From the NCBI GenBank assembly GCA_965602785.1, contig CBFDAH010000001.1:633-64632 (forward strand): DNA of 64,000 nt, in the 5' to 3' direction. Shown piece by piece: positions 36,038-45,876 of the stretch (its first letter is position 1; every line of letters begins with the position of its first letter). Origin of the DNA: an uncultured Syntrophobacterales bacterium. GTDB lineage: Bacteria > Desulfobacterota > Desulfobaccia > Desulfobaccales > 0-14-0-80-60-11. The translations under genes were made by a program, and so were the position numbers. The notes under the pieces are model-generated. The model was not told the DNA's origin, made no database searches, and worked only from the letters and a program-made list of their open reading frames with translations.

Positions 36038-36803
36038 ACCAAGATCCTTTCCGTACCGAAGTCTCCATAAGACCCCGCAACTCTTGGCGGAGCTGGAGAC
36101 GAGTTAAATTCTGTTTCAGCTTTCCCCCCTGGGCCAGGGAAATCTGGCCGTTAGTTTCACTCACCACCAACGCCAGGGCGTCGGTTTGTTCGGTGAGACC
36201 CACGGCAGCCCGGTGGCGGGTGCCCAGGGTGGGGTCGAGAGCAGTGGATCTGGAGAGGGGCAGGAGGCAACCGGCGGCGATAACCCGGTCTCCATGAACA
36301 ATGGCGGCCCCGTCGTGGGTGGGATTGTGAGGCCAGAAGATGCTTACCAAGAGTTCCCAGGTGACCATGGCGTCCAGGCGGATGGAGCCCTCCAGGTAAT
36401 CGGAGAGGCCTACCTGGCGCTCGAAGACGATGAGGCCACCGATGCGGTGGTTGGCCAGGGTTTCGGCTGCTTCGCAGATTTCCTCTGTGGTCAGGGGCTC
36501 AGAGTTGCCGGGAGGGGCCAGGGCTCGTCGGCCGATGCGGCTTAAAACCCGGCGGATGTCGGCCTGGAAAAGAATGATAATAATAAGAAAGAAGCTTTTC
36601 ATGACGCTATCCAGGAGCCATTCCAGGGTGAGAAGCTCCAGGTAGCGGGCTCCCAGATAGGACAGAAAGATGACAAAAAGACCGGCCAGGACCCAGATGG
36701 CCTGGGTGCCCCGGAGGATGAGGAATATCTGGTAGATGATGATGGCCACCAGGACAATGTCCAGGCCATCCTGCCATCTGAGGTTCATGAAGAAATCGGT
36801 CAT
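36003..36803 (-). CDS. cdaA: diadenylate cyclase
   Basis: Three N-terminal TM segments. DAC domain motifs HDGAAIVHGDRVIAAGCLLPLS and LGTRHRAAVGLTEQTDALALVVSETNGQISLA. Confidence 0.85.
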   Translation of the reverse strand: MTDFFMNLRWQDGLDIVLVAIIIYQIFLILRGTQAIWVLAGLFVIFLSYLGARYLELLTLEWLLDSVMKSFFLIIIILFQADIRRVLSRIGRRALAPPGNSEPLTTEEICEAAETLANHRIGGLIVFERQVGLSDYLEGSIRLDAMVTWELLVSIFWPHNPTHDGAAIVHGDRVIAAGCLLPLSRSTALDPTLGTRHRAAVGLTEQTDALALVVSETNGQISLAQGGKLKQNLTRLQLRQELRGLMETSVRKGSWFARLARFFGTP

Positions 36804-36807
36804 CAGC

Positions 36808-37698
36808 TCAAGAGATGGGGTTGCGTCCGGCTTGGCCGATGGCGCTCAGCACGGTAAAAAACTGGCGGGCGAAATCAGCGTTGTGCACCCGCAGGATGTG
36901 AGCGCCCCGTTGGACGGCTACGGCCAGGGCAGCCAAGGTCCCCACATCCCGTTCAGCCGGGGGCAGGCCCCCCAAGACATGACCCAGAAAGGCCTTGCGG
37001 GAGGGGCCGATGAGTAGGGGGCAGCCCAGATCCAAGAAGGCGTCCAGGTTGTTCAAGATTGCCAGGTTGTGCTGAAAGGTCTTGCCAAAGCCGATACCCG
37101 GGTCTAAGACCAAAAGTTCCTGGGGAAGGCCATGGTTAAAGGCAAAGTCCAGGCGCTCCTGAAAGAAGGCGCGAATTTCCCCGAGAAGGTCGTCGTACTG
37201 AGGATTGCTCTGCATATCCCTGGGGGTGCCCAGCATGTGCATCAGGATGACGGGCACATGGGCCTCCCGGGCCAGATGGACCACGTCGGGGTCGAAGCGC
37301 AGGGCGCTGATGTCGTTGATGATATTGGCGCCTGCGGCCAGGGCGGCCCGGGCCACCTGGGACTTATAAGTATCAATGGAGATGGGAAGGGAGGTTTCCC
37401 CCCGGACCCGCTCAATAACGGGGAGGACCCGGCGGAGTTCCTCCTCAAGGGTGACCGGCTCGGCAAAGGGACGGGTAGACTCGCCGCCGATGTCCAGAAT
37501 GTCGGCGCCGGCGGCGGCCAGGGCCAGAGCCTGGCTTACTGCGGCGTCGTGGTCAAAAAAAAGGCCACCGTCGGCGAAGGAATCCGGGGTGACGTTGACC
37601 ACCCCCATGATGAGGGGGCGGGGTCGCGCAAGTAATGCTTGCCAGAAATCGCCTTCCTGCGAGCCCGGGGCAGATACGAGCCTTAGCCCTCCCGTCAT
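36808..37698 (-). CDS. folP: dihydropteroate synthase
   Basis: IMGVVNVTPDSFADGG and DIGGESTRP motifs. Confidence 0.9.
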   Translation of the reverse strand: MTGGLRLVSAPGSQEGDFWQALLARPRPLIMGVVNVTPDSFADGGLFFDHDAAVSQALALAAAGADILDIGGESTRPFAEPVTLEEELRRVLPVIERVRGETSLPISIDTYKSQVARAALAAGANIINDISALRFDPDVVHLAREAHVPVILMHMLGTPRDMQSNPQYDDLLGEIRAFFQERLDFAFNHGLPQELLVLDPGIGFGKTFQHNLAILNNLDAFLDLGCPLLIGPSRKAFLGHVLGGLPPAERDVGTLAALAVAVQRGAHILRVHNADFARQFFTVLSAIGQAGRNPIS

Positions 37699-37700
37699 AA

Positions 37701-39575
37701 TCAGGCCTGCTGAAATTCCAGTGGCAGGGGGGCCGCCTCCTCCTGAGTCTCCGGCTCTTCGGGCTGCTGTTTGAAGGAGTTGATGATCCGGTCGATTTCC
37801 TGGCTGTCGAGGGTTTCCTGGTCCAGGAGGGACTGGGCCAGGGCCTGCAGCTCGGCCCGGTGAGCGGCAAGAAGCTCTCTGGCCCGCTGGTAGGCGCCGT
37901 CCACCAGATTTTTCATGGCATAGTCGATGAGGCGGGCCGTCTCTTCGCTGAAGTCCTTAGACTGGGCAATTTCTCGTCCCAGGAAGACATGCTCTTCCTT
38001 GCGTCCGAAGGTAATGGGGCCCAGCTCCTCACTCATGCCCCAATTGCACACCATCTTGCGGGCGAGTTCAGTAGCCCGCTCCAGGTCATTGCCGGCCCCG
38101 GTGGTGAACTGGTTGAAGACCAAATCCTCGGCGGCCCGCCCTCCCTGGAGGACGGCGAGGGTGGCCATGAGGTAGTCCTTGGGATAGGTGTGGCGCTCAT
38201 CCAGAGGAAGCTGCTGAGTGACCCCCAAAGCCCGGCCTCGGGGGATAATGGTGACTTTGTGAATGGGGTCGGTGCCGGGGATGAGCCTGGCCACCAGGGT
38301 GTGCCCAGCCTCGTGGTACGCGGTACTGGTGCGTTCCCGATCGCTCAGAATCAGGCTTTTCCGCTCAGTCCCCATGAGAACTTTGTCCTTGGCCTGCTCG
38401 AAGTCTTCCACGGTGACGTTCTCCCGGTTGACCCGGGCCGCCAGGAGAGCGGCTTCGTTCACTAAATTTTCCAAATCAGCGCCGGAAAAGCCCGGAGTGC
38501 TGCGGGCCAGCACCGCCAGGTCGACTGCGGCGCCCAGGGGGGTGCGACGCGTGTGAACCACTAAAATGGCCTCCCGACCCTTGAGATCGGGAATGGGCAC
38601 CACCACCTGGCGGTCAAAACGGCCGGGACGGAGGAGGGCCGGATCCAGGACGTCGGGACGGTTGGTGGCGGCGATGAGAATGACCCCCTCGTTGGCCTCG
38701 AAGCCGTCCATTTCCACCAAAAGCTGGTTCAAGGTCTGCTCGCGCTCGTCGTGACCGCCTCCCAGACCAGCGCCCCGGTGGCGTCCCACGGCATCGATTT
38801 CGTCGATGAAAATGATGCAGGGGGCGTTTTTCTTGGCCTGGGTGAAGAGGTCCCGAACCCTGGCGGCGCCTACGCCCACGAACATCTCCACGAAGTCGGA
38901 GCCGCTGATACTAAAGAAGGGAACCCCCGCCTCCCCGGCGATGGCCCGGGCCAGGAGGGTCTTGCCGCTCCCGGGCGCGCCCACCAGGAGGATGCCTTTG
39001 GGGATGCGGCCCCCCAGACGGGTGAACTTTTTGGGGTCTTTCAGGAACTCGATGATTTCAGCGACTTCTTCCTTGGATTCCTCGATGCCGGCCACGTCCT
39101 TGAAGGTGACTTTGACAGAGTTTTCGGTCATCAGGCGGGCCCGACTTTTTCCAAAGGTCATGGCTTTGCCTCCGCCGGATTGCATCTGTCGCATGAAAAA
39201 GATCCAGATGCCCACCAGGAGGAGCATGGGAAGCCAGGAGATCAGCAAGGTCGTGTACCAGGGGCTGTCTTCCTTGGGTTTGGCGGTGATTTCCACCCCT
39301 TTTTCCTGGAGAAGCTTGATGAGGTTGGGGTCGGTGGGAGCGTAGCTCTTGAAAGCCTTCCCGTCCTTTTGTTCCCCAACGATTTCTTCCCCCTGAAGAA
39401 CGACAGACTTAACTTTATCACCTTTGACCAGTTCCACGAACTGGCTGTAACTCAGGCTGGCCTTGCTCTTGGTGTGCTCCGTGGTGTTGAAGTAGTTAAA
39501 GAGAAAAATCATCACCAGGCTGATGAGCAGCCAGAGAGCGATATTTTTGTAAAAAGGACTTAAACGGTTATTCAT
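37701..39575 (-). CDS. ftsH: ATP-dependent zinc metalloprotease FtsH
   Basis: Start moved to ATG 39575 ([11 protein letters not shown]...). Walker [12 protein letters not shown], Walker [13 protein letters not shown] region, HEAGH zinc site. Confidence 0.95.
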   Translation of the reverse strand: MNNRLSPFYKNIALWLLISLVMIFLFNYFNTTEHTKSKASLSYSQFVELVKGDKVKSVVLQGEEIVGEQKDGKAFKSYAPTDPNLIKLLQEKGVEITAKPKEDSPWYTTLLISWLPMLLLVGIWIFFMRQMQSGGGKAMTFGKSRARLMTENSVKVTFKDVAGIEESKEEVAEIIEFLKDPKKFTRLGGRIPKGILLVGAPGSGKTLLARAIAGEAGVPFFSISGSDFVEMFVGVGAARVRDLFTQAKKNAPCIIFIDEIDAVGRHRGAGLGGGHDEREQTLNQLLVEMDGFEANEGVILIAATNRPDVLDPALLRPGRFDRQVVVPIPDLKGREAILVVHTRRTPLGAAVDLAVLARSTPGFSGADLENLVNEAALLAARVNRENVTVEDFEQAKDKVLMGTERKSLILSDRERTSTAYHEAGHTLVARLIPGTDPIHKVTIIPRGRALGVTQQLPLDERHTYPKDYLMATLAVLQGGRAAEDLVFNQFTTGAGNDLERATELARKMVCNWGMSEELGPITFGRKEEHVFLGREIAQSKDFSEETARLIDYAMKNLVDGAYQRARELLAAHRAELQALAQSLLDQETLDSQEIDRIINSFKQQPEEPETQEEAAPLPLEFQQA

Positions 39576-39976
39576 TGGCCTTCTGGTGTTTGTCGGTTTT
39601 TTACTCCTGCGGATGTATCTCCCTATATATTGTAGGATGGTTTGGGGAAAATGCAAGGTGAATCTATCGGTTGGACCAAACCAGGTCTCCGGCTGAAGAA
39701 CGGGAGAAGTGATAATGGGGGCGGAGAATCCTGGAGGGGTGCGGTTCCAAGAGTTAATTCGGGCCAGAACGGCAGGGACCAGCGCCGGGGAAGGCGGTTT
39801 AGACCGGCAGCAACGGCCAAAAGAAAAACCTCTTTTCTACAATTAGGAGGCATGTCCAAACTCTGTTAGGCGGTCTTTTCCCATCCTGACTTTTAAGTCA
39901 GCCTATCTGCTTCACCCCGGGCGCCAAGGAGGTGGGGTTGAGTCGGTTTTGCAATACTCAAAAGAGTTGTCGCGGT

Positions 39977-41206
39977 TCAGGCCCCGGAAGCGGGGACATT
40001 CTGAGCCGGAAAGTGGCGTTCCAAGAAGGTGCGGGCCTCGGCGAAATCGGGACACAGGCGCAGGGCGTCCCGAAAAGCCTTCAAGGCCCTGTCTTTTTCC
40101 CCCAGATCAAAATACAGGACGCCCAAGTTGAAGTGAACCTTGGCGTTTTTGGGGTCTAGCTCAAGGGCTTTCTGGTAACACTCCAGGGCCTGGCGGTACT
40201 TTTGTTGACGGCGCAAAGCCACCCCCAAGCGGTTATAGAGGCCGGTGTCCTTGGGGGTGTCGTCAATGGCCTTAAGGAAGAGTTCCTCCGCCACCTGGTC
40301 CAAACCGGCAGCCAGGAAGGTTTCCGCCACTTCGGACCGTTGGCCGGGAGGGACGGTATGGCCTTGGCGCCAGAACTCCTTCAGATAGTGTCTAGCCCGC
40401 CCTAGATCGCCATCCTTCAAACAAAGCTGGCCCAGTTGGAAGAGACGGTCAGTATTCAAGGGGCTCAGATGCTGCGCCTCCTCCAGGTATCGGCGAGCCG
40501 CCGCCACGTCGCCCTGGTCCTCCAGCACCACCGCCAAGTTCTGATAGGCTTTGAGATATTTGGGATTGATTTCCAAAGCCTTGACAAAACAGGCGGCGGC
40601 CTCGTCGGAGGATCCCAGGCCCTGGTGGCATTTCCCCATAAGGTTAAAGACCTTGGCCTGTTTTCGAAAAGGAGGGAGAGTGAGCTTTTCCAGAACCGGG
40701 AGGGCCTGGAAGGGCCGGCCCCCCGTCAGACACTTTCTGGCTTGCAGGAAAAGATATTCCCCCCGGCTCGGCTGGTGCCGATGCATGATGATGGTCCGCA
40801 GGCGTTTCTCCAGGGACTCGACTCTAAAGGGTTTGAGGAGATAGCCGTCCACTTCGCTCTCAGCAGAAGCGGCGACAATGTCCTCGGAGACTTCCCCGGT
40901 TATCATAAGAACGGGGGTGGTCTCGTATTGGGGGGTGGCTCGCAGGCGCCGCAGGAGGTCGAGGCCATTCATGCCGGGCATGTTGATGTCGCAGACCACG
41001 AGGTCATAGGACTGCTCCTGGAGGGCCTCCCAGGCTTTTTGGCCGTCCGCGGCTTCCTGGATGGTCCCCTGTACTCCCAGATGTATGAGCATTTGGCGGA
41101 GCATGCGGCGGATGGCGGGCATATCGTCCACTACCAGGACATTTAAAGGGCCAAAGAGACTATTATAGGTGTGCCTTGCCGCCACGGTATCGACTAGGCT
41201 GGACAT
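39977..41206 (-). CDS. response regulator receiver domain fused to TPR repeats
   Basis: VLVVDDMPAIRRML...DLVVCDINMPGMNG...PVLMITG REC domain, followed by multiple TPR-like repeats (YQKALELDPKNAKVHFNLGVLY). Confidence 0.8.
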   Translation of the reverse strand: MSSLVDTVAARHTYNSLFGPLNVLVVDDMPAIRRMLRQMLIHLGVQGTIQEAADGQKAWEALQEQSYDLVVCDINMPGMNGLDLLRRLRATPQYETTPVLMITGEVSEDIVAASAESEVDGYLLKPFRVESLEKRLRTIIMHRHQPSRGEYLFLQARKCLTGGRPFQALPVLEKLTLPPFRKQAKVFNLMGKCHQGLGSSDEAAACFVKALEINPKYLKAYQNLAVVLEDQGDVAAARRYLEEAQHLSPLNTDRLFQLGQLCLKDGDLGRARHYLKEFWRQGHTVPPGQRSEVAETFLAAGLDQVAEELFLKAIDDTPKDTGLYNRLGVALRRQQKYRQALECYQKALELDPKNAKVHFNLGVLYFDLGEKDRALKAFRDALRLCPDFAEARTFLERHFPAQNVPASGA

Positions 41207-41351
41207 AAGACAGCCTGAATCCTCAGAGTTTTTCTGAGATTCTTATCGGCAGGGCACGGGGGGATATTTAGGAATTTCCAGGAAGTAAGAGAACTTTTTG
41301 CTGACAGGGGAGGGTCCACAAGCACGGCCATAGGATCCTCCCCTTGGTTTT

Positions 41352-41600
41352 TCAGGCCATGCTGCTCAGGAGACCGAGAGCGGTTGGGGGGCATTCCCGG
41401 GTGGTCCGCCGAAAGCTTTCCTGGGGCGGCGGCAAAAGCACCACCAAGGTCTCCCGGGAGATGCGCCAGGGTCCGGCCCCAAGGCGCACGGCCGGGAGGC
41501 GGCCGTCTCGGATCATGCGATAAATGGTACGCCGGGAGAGGCACAGGATCTGAGCCACTTCATCCGGCCGGAACATCTTTTTTTTCTTAATCATTTCCAT
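41352..41600 (-). CDS. excisionase-family (MerR-like) helix-turn-helix DNA-binding protein
   Basis: Start at ATG 41600 (GGAGG RBS 5 nt upstream). FRPDEVAQILCLSRRTIYRMIRDGRLPAVRLG..WRI matches the excisionase-type HTH pattern. Confidence 0.7.
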   Translation of the reverse strand: MEMIKKKKMFRPDEVAQILCLSRRTIYRMIRDGRLPAVRLGAGPWRISRETLVVLLPPPQESFRRTTRECPPTALGLLSSMA

Positions 41601-42063
41601 AAATACCTCCATCCTTGCTGTTGGCTGATTTTCCCTACTCCGAGGGCCTTGGGACACCTGGTATGCAAGTCACGGGCCTAATATAACTATCTGATATTTC
41701 ATATAAAAAAATTTGCCACCCCGCTTGTTCCCGCAATTGTAGGGGAATTGCCGGACTTTGCCCCTAGAGGCAGAGATCAACTCTAGGGGCAAACCGGGGA
41801 GGGAGGCATCCGAGGCGGGGGGGAGGGGAACGACCCGGTGCGGCCCGGTGCCCCCCTTTTCGGGCGGCAGGGTACGCCCACAGGCTGACACGGAGCCTCA
41901 TCACTTTGAAATACTTATATATTAGCTTCTTCCATAACCCCGTCGACAGAATCCCAGCCTCTGAGGTTGGCACGTGCCGGTGAGGGGGCAGAAAAAGTTG
42001 GTTCGGTGACAACCTGGCACATTTGTTCCGGGGGTTGCCGCGGTTTTTGAAAGAGAGGGTGGC

Positions 42064-42270
42064 ATGCAAGAGGAGATTGGACATATGGAACAAGAGAGGT
42101 TGTTGAGGCCCAGTGAGGTAGCCGGGCGCCTGGGAATCTCCCGCTCTTCGGTATACCGCTGGTTTTGGGAAGGAAAGCTCCGGGGAGTGAAACTGGTCGG
42201 GGGACCGGTAAGGATCTTCGAGAGCGCCGTGTTTGATCAGATGATGGATATGGACTGCCTGGCCTCCTGA
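42064..42270 (+). CDS. excisionase-family helix-turn-helix DNA-binding protein
   Basis: LLRPSEVAGRLGISRSSVYRWFWEGKLRGVKLVGGPVRI is the same HTH type as 41352..41600. Divergently oriented from it. Confidence 0.7.
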   Translation: MQEEIGHMEQERLLRPSEVAGRLGISRSSVYRWFWEGKLRGVKLVGGPVRIFESAVFDQMMDMDCLAS

Positions 42271-42335
42271 GGCTTGGACCTGCTGACCGGTAGCAAAAAA
42301 GAAGACCGGGGGTTTCTCCAGACCACGAGCCCACT

Positions 42336-42815
42336 ATGACGCGGCGATACAAAACCGGACGCAGAAAGTTGGATTTCTACTTCGAGGAAGTGCAGTCCGT
42401 GTATCTGGCCGGTAAGAGCCTGGAGGAAATCCAGGAGTTGTTTCCGGTTACCCTCCCGACTCTGAAGCGCTGGCACAAGGAAGGCCGTTGGGAAGAGAAG
42501 AAACGTCAGGCCCTGGTGTCGCCCCGCTGGCTGGGGGAGGCCCTCCGGGGGGTGCTCCGGGAAAAGACCGGAAAAATCCTCGCCACAGGGGATATGAAGC
42601 CTCAGGAATTAGATGAGATCACCAAGATTGTTACCTTGATCGACCGCCTAGGGAACGGCAGTTGGAACATCAGAGCTGCGGCCCTGGAGGTCATGGACCG
42701 ATTCAGCGAGTTCATCCGGGGTTCGGTGAAGGAACCGGAAGATATCAAACGATTTTCCCTCTGGATGCATGAGTTTTTCCGCATCCTGGAGGAGGACGAC
42801 GAAGCCAAAGGGTAA
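42336..42815 (+). CDS. putative terminase small subunit (Mu gp27 / DUF1804-like HTH protein)
   Basis: Position immediately upstream of the large terminase. N-terminal HTH-like LAGKSLEEIQELFPVTLPTLKRWHKEGRWEEKK. Confidence 0.5.
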   Translation: MTRRYKTGRRKLDFYFEEVQSVYLAGKSLEEIQELFPVTLPTLKRWHKEGRWEEKKRQALVSPRWLGEALRGVLREKTGKILATGDMKPQELDEITKIVTLIDRLGNGSWNIRAAALEVMDRFSEFIRGSVKEPEDIKRFSLWMHEFFRILEEDDEAKG

Positions 42816-42827
42816 AGGAGCCGGGAG

Positions 42828-44354
42828 ATGAATCTCAACAAAAAGCTCAGCAAAACCGTCTTTCGGCAGAGGGCAGACCGGATCCTCATGCGGCTCTCCA
42901 TGGACGTCATGCCCTTCTGGGATGACACCCCGGAGAAGCGGGAGCGACGCCTGAAGCGGGCCGAAGCCGACCCTCTGTTTTTCTGCCGGACATATCTACC
43001 CCATTACTTCTCCCAGTCGCCGGCGCCCTTTCATTATGAATTGGTGCGGTTCATGGAGGACCGAGGAGAAGTGGTGACCCCGACGGCGGTGGCGGCTCCC
43101 CGGGAGTTTGCCAAGAGCACGGTATGCTCCTTCGGTTATGTCCTGCATCAGATCTGCTTCGGTAAACGGCATTTCATCATCATCGGCAGCGACACCGAGG
43201 ACCTGGCCAGCGACCTCACCGGTTACCTCTATCTAGAACTCCTTTATAACGAGAGGCTCCACCAGGATTTCGGGGAGTTGGTGAAGTCCAATAAGGCAGT
43301 GAATGACTTTATAACCGCCAACAACGTCCGGCTAAAGGCAAGGGGCCGGGGTCAGCGCCTCAGAGGCCTAAAGCACCGGCAGTGGCGCCCGGACCTGGTC
43401 ATCCTGGACGACCTGGAAAACGACGTCAACGTGCGCAACCCGGACTTGGTAGAGCAGATTTTGGACTGGGTGCAGTCGGCGGTTTATCCGGCCCTGGAGG
43501 CCACCGGCACCCTCATGGTCATCGGTACCATTTTGCGGCAGCGGAGCGCCCTGCATCTCATGCTAACGAGTCCCGAGGAGCCTTACTGCAACTTTCGGCG
43601 GCGCATTTATCGGGCCTTGCTAGAGGACGGCAGCTCCCTGTGGGAGGCGCGGCATCCAACCGACCGGCTCAGTATGCAAAGGCAGCTCATGGGGACAGTG
43701 GCCTTCAACCGGGAAAAGATGAACGAGCCCATGCCGGTGAGCGGCATGTTCCAGGAGAACTGGGTTCATTACTACCACCCGGACATCTTGAAAGACCGGA
43801 ATTTGCTGGTAGTGGGTTTCTTCGACCCGTCCCTGGAGGCCGGTAGCAGCGCCGACTATAAAGCGGTGGTGACCGTGGGTTTCTCCCGGGAGGAGATGGT
43901 CTTCTATGTGCTGGACGCCTTTATTAAGAAGACTACCCTGGAGCAAACTCTCAGGGCGGTATTCAACCGGCACCGGGAAAACGCTTTCCACCTTCTGGGG
44001 GTGGAGGACAACCTCTTTCAGCGGCTGTTGCTCAAAGAATTCGATCAGGTGGGGCGAGAGCTAGGGGTTTTTTTGCCGGTGAAGGGGGTAACCAACCGGG
44101 TGGCCAAGGAGACCCGGGTGGCCATTCTCTCCCCCTTAATGGAGCGAGGCAAAATCCGCTTTATCCGGGGGCACTCGGACCAGGAGAAGCTCATCGAGCA
44201 GATGCTGTATTTTCCCTCCCGCACCCTGCATGACGACGGGCCGGACGCCCTGGCGGGGGCGGTGCAGTTGGCCCACCAGATGTCGCCAGGGGAGACGGCG
44301 AATTACGAGCCGGTGACGAAACGGGCCTTTGGAGGAGGCCGGGGGGCGTATTGA
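42828..44354 (+). CDS. phage terminase large subunit
   Basis: 508 aa. ATPase motifs AAPREFAKST (Walker A-like) and DLVILDDLEND (Walker B). C-terminal nuclease-like region with DDGPDAL. Confidence 0.8.
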   Translation: MNLNKKLSKTVFRQRADRILMRLSMDVMPFWDDTPEKRERRLKRAEADPLFFCRTYLPHYFSQSPAPFHYELVRFMEDRGEVVTPTAVAAPREFAKSTVCSFGYVLHQICFGKRHFIIIGSDTEDLASDLTGYLYLELLYNERLHQDFGELVKSNKAVNDFITANNVRLKARGRGQRLRGLKHRQWRPDLVILDDLENDVNVRNPDLVEQILDWVQSAVYPALEATGTLMVIGTILRQRSALHLMLTSPEEPYCNFRRRIYRALLEDGSSLWEARHPTDRLSMQRQLMGTVAFNREKMNEPMPVSGMFQENWVHYYHPDILKDRNLLVVGFFDPSLEAGSSADYKAVVTVGFSREEMVFYVLDAFIKKTTLEQTLRAVFNRHRENAFHLLGVEDNLFQRLLLKEFDQVGRELGVFLPVKGVTNRVAKETRVAILSPLMERGKIRFIRGHSDQEKLIEQMLYFPSRTLHDDGPDALAGAVQLAHQMSPGETANYEPVTKRAFGGGRGAY

Positions 44355-44564
44355 AGAAGGTGGGAGGGACCTTGGGAAGGCGTGGCGCCTGAGCCCCTGG
44401 CCCACCCATAACTCATGAAAATTTTTTACAAATATTCTGGAGTGGCGGAACAAACTTCCAACTTTGAACCCTGAACCTTGAACGTAACAAGACTAAGCAA
44501 TCTTGGTCATCAGGCCAAACCAGCCAAATCGGTTTCACCAGCCCGTTGTACCAGAGAGGACGGC

Positions 44565-45823
44565 ATGGGTTTAAAAGATTACTTCGGCAGATGGTTCAAG
44601 TCACAACCGAAGCCCGACACCAGGGAACTGGCAGCCGTGAGCATTCATGACCGATGGAGCGCCTATCCCAGCGTTGGGCTGACCCCTAGGGGCCTGGCCA
44701 GCATTTTCCAGGAGGCGGACCTGGGTGCAGTGCGCCGCCAGATGGAACTTTTTGAGGAGATGGAGGAGAAGGACGCGCATCTGGCGGCCATCCTGCAGAC
44801 CCGCAAGCTGGCGGTCTTAAGTCTGGATTACGAGGTGCTGCCCTACGCCAAAACACCGGAGGACGAGCACATCGCCGAGACGATGGGGGAGATGGTCTGG
44901 GGGATTCCCAACCTGGAGACCGCTTTCCTTGATTTGCTGGATGCCATCGGCAAGGGCTTCGCCCTGGCGGAGATCATCTGGGGAGTAGAACAAGGCCAGG
45001 CTCGGGTGGTGGAACTCAATTGGGTGCCTCAGAAGAAAGTGACCTTTGTGGAGGACCTGGCGCCCCGCCTGATGACGGCGGACGGTCCCTGGCAGGGGGG
45101 GTGGAACTGCCCCCCTGGAAGGTCATCTACCACCGCTACAGGGCGCGGAGCGGGCATGACACCCGGGCGGGAGTCCTTCGAGTGGCGGGCTACATGTATC
45201 TGCTCAAGAATTACGCCCTGAAGGATTGGGCTGCGTTCAACGAGATCTTCGGGATGCCGCTGCGCTTAGGTAAGTACGACCCGGCCTCCACTCCGGCGGA
45301 CCGTGAGGCCCTGATCCAGGCTATCCGCAACCTGGGGTCGGACGCGGCGGGAATCATCAGTAAGAACACGGAGATTGAGTTTGTGGAGACCGCCAACCGG
45401 ATCTCGGGAAGCAACAACCCTTACCAGGTGCTGGCGGACTTTTGCAACCGGGAGATGTCCAAGGCCATTTTGGGACAGACCCTGACCACGGACACCTCCG
45501 GAGGAACGGGAACCTTTGCCGCCGCCAGGGTGCACGCTCAGGTGCGGCGGGATCTGGTGGAAGCGGACGCCCAGGCCCTGGGGCACACCTTGCGGGAGCA
45601 GTTGCTACGGCCGCTGGTGGGCTTCAACTTCGGCTGGGACAAGCCGGTGCCCTGGTTTCGCTTCCGGTACGAGGAAGAAGAGGACCTCAAGACCCTGTCG
45701 GAGGTTTACCGGAACCTGGCACACATGGGGTTACCCATGAGTATGGAACACGTGGCGGAGCGCTTCGGCATCCCTCTGGCCCAAAAGGGCCAGGAGACCT
45801 TAGGGCGGCGCGACGGAAGCTGA
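44565..45823 (+). pseudogene. Mu gp29-type portal protein (DUF935), split by a frameshift at a G7 run
   Basis: The N-terminal half is in the frame of ORF 44478..45221 (start ATG 44565). The C-terminal half is in the frame of ORF 45020..45823 (YALKDWAAFNEIFGMPLRLGKYD..., NPYQVLADFCNREMSKAILGQTLTT). The sense switches at GGGGGGG 45095-45101. Confidence 0.8.
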
Positions 45824-45876
45824 ATAAGCTTCCCATTCCAACCATCGGAGGCGAAAAAACTGGAAGGACGAGGAAG

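Noticed and set aside
39660-39850. Cobalamin or c-di-AMP (ydaO-type) riboswitch in the ftsH leader, suggested by strings such as GTTTAGACCGGCAGC and GGCGGAGAATCC.
   Set aside because: The matches to the B12 box and ydaO core are only partial, and the surrounding conserved helices are not evident. ftsH is also not a typical regulated target.
41601-42063. tRNA gene or att direct repeats flanking the phage block (also searched 61632..62323).
   Set aside because: No cloverleaf-compatible sequence (no GTTCGAATC-type T-arm) and no shared sequence of 12 nt or more between the two flanks could be found by eye. This needs a computational check.
45442-45876. N-terminal 145 codons of track ORF 45442..46902.
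   Set aside because: This part overlaps the portal C-terminal half in another frame and is Gly/Arg/Pro-rich. The Mu I protease homology begins right after ATG 45877, which has an AGGAAG RBS.
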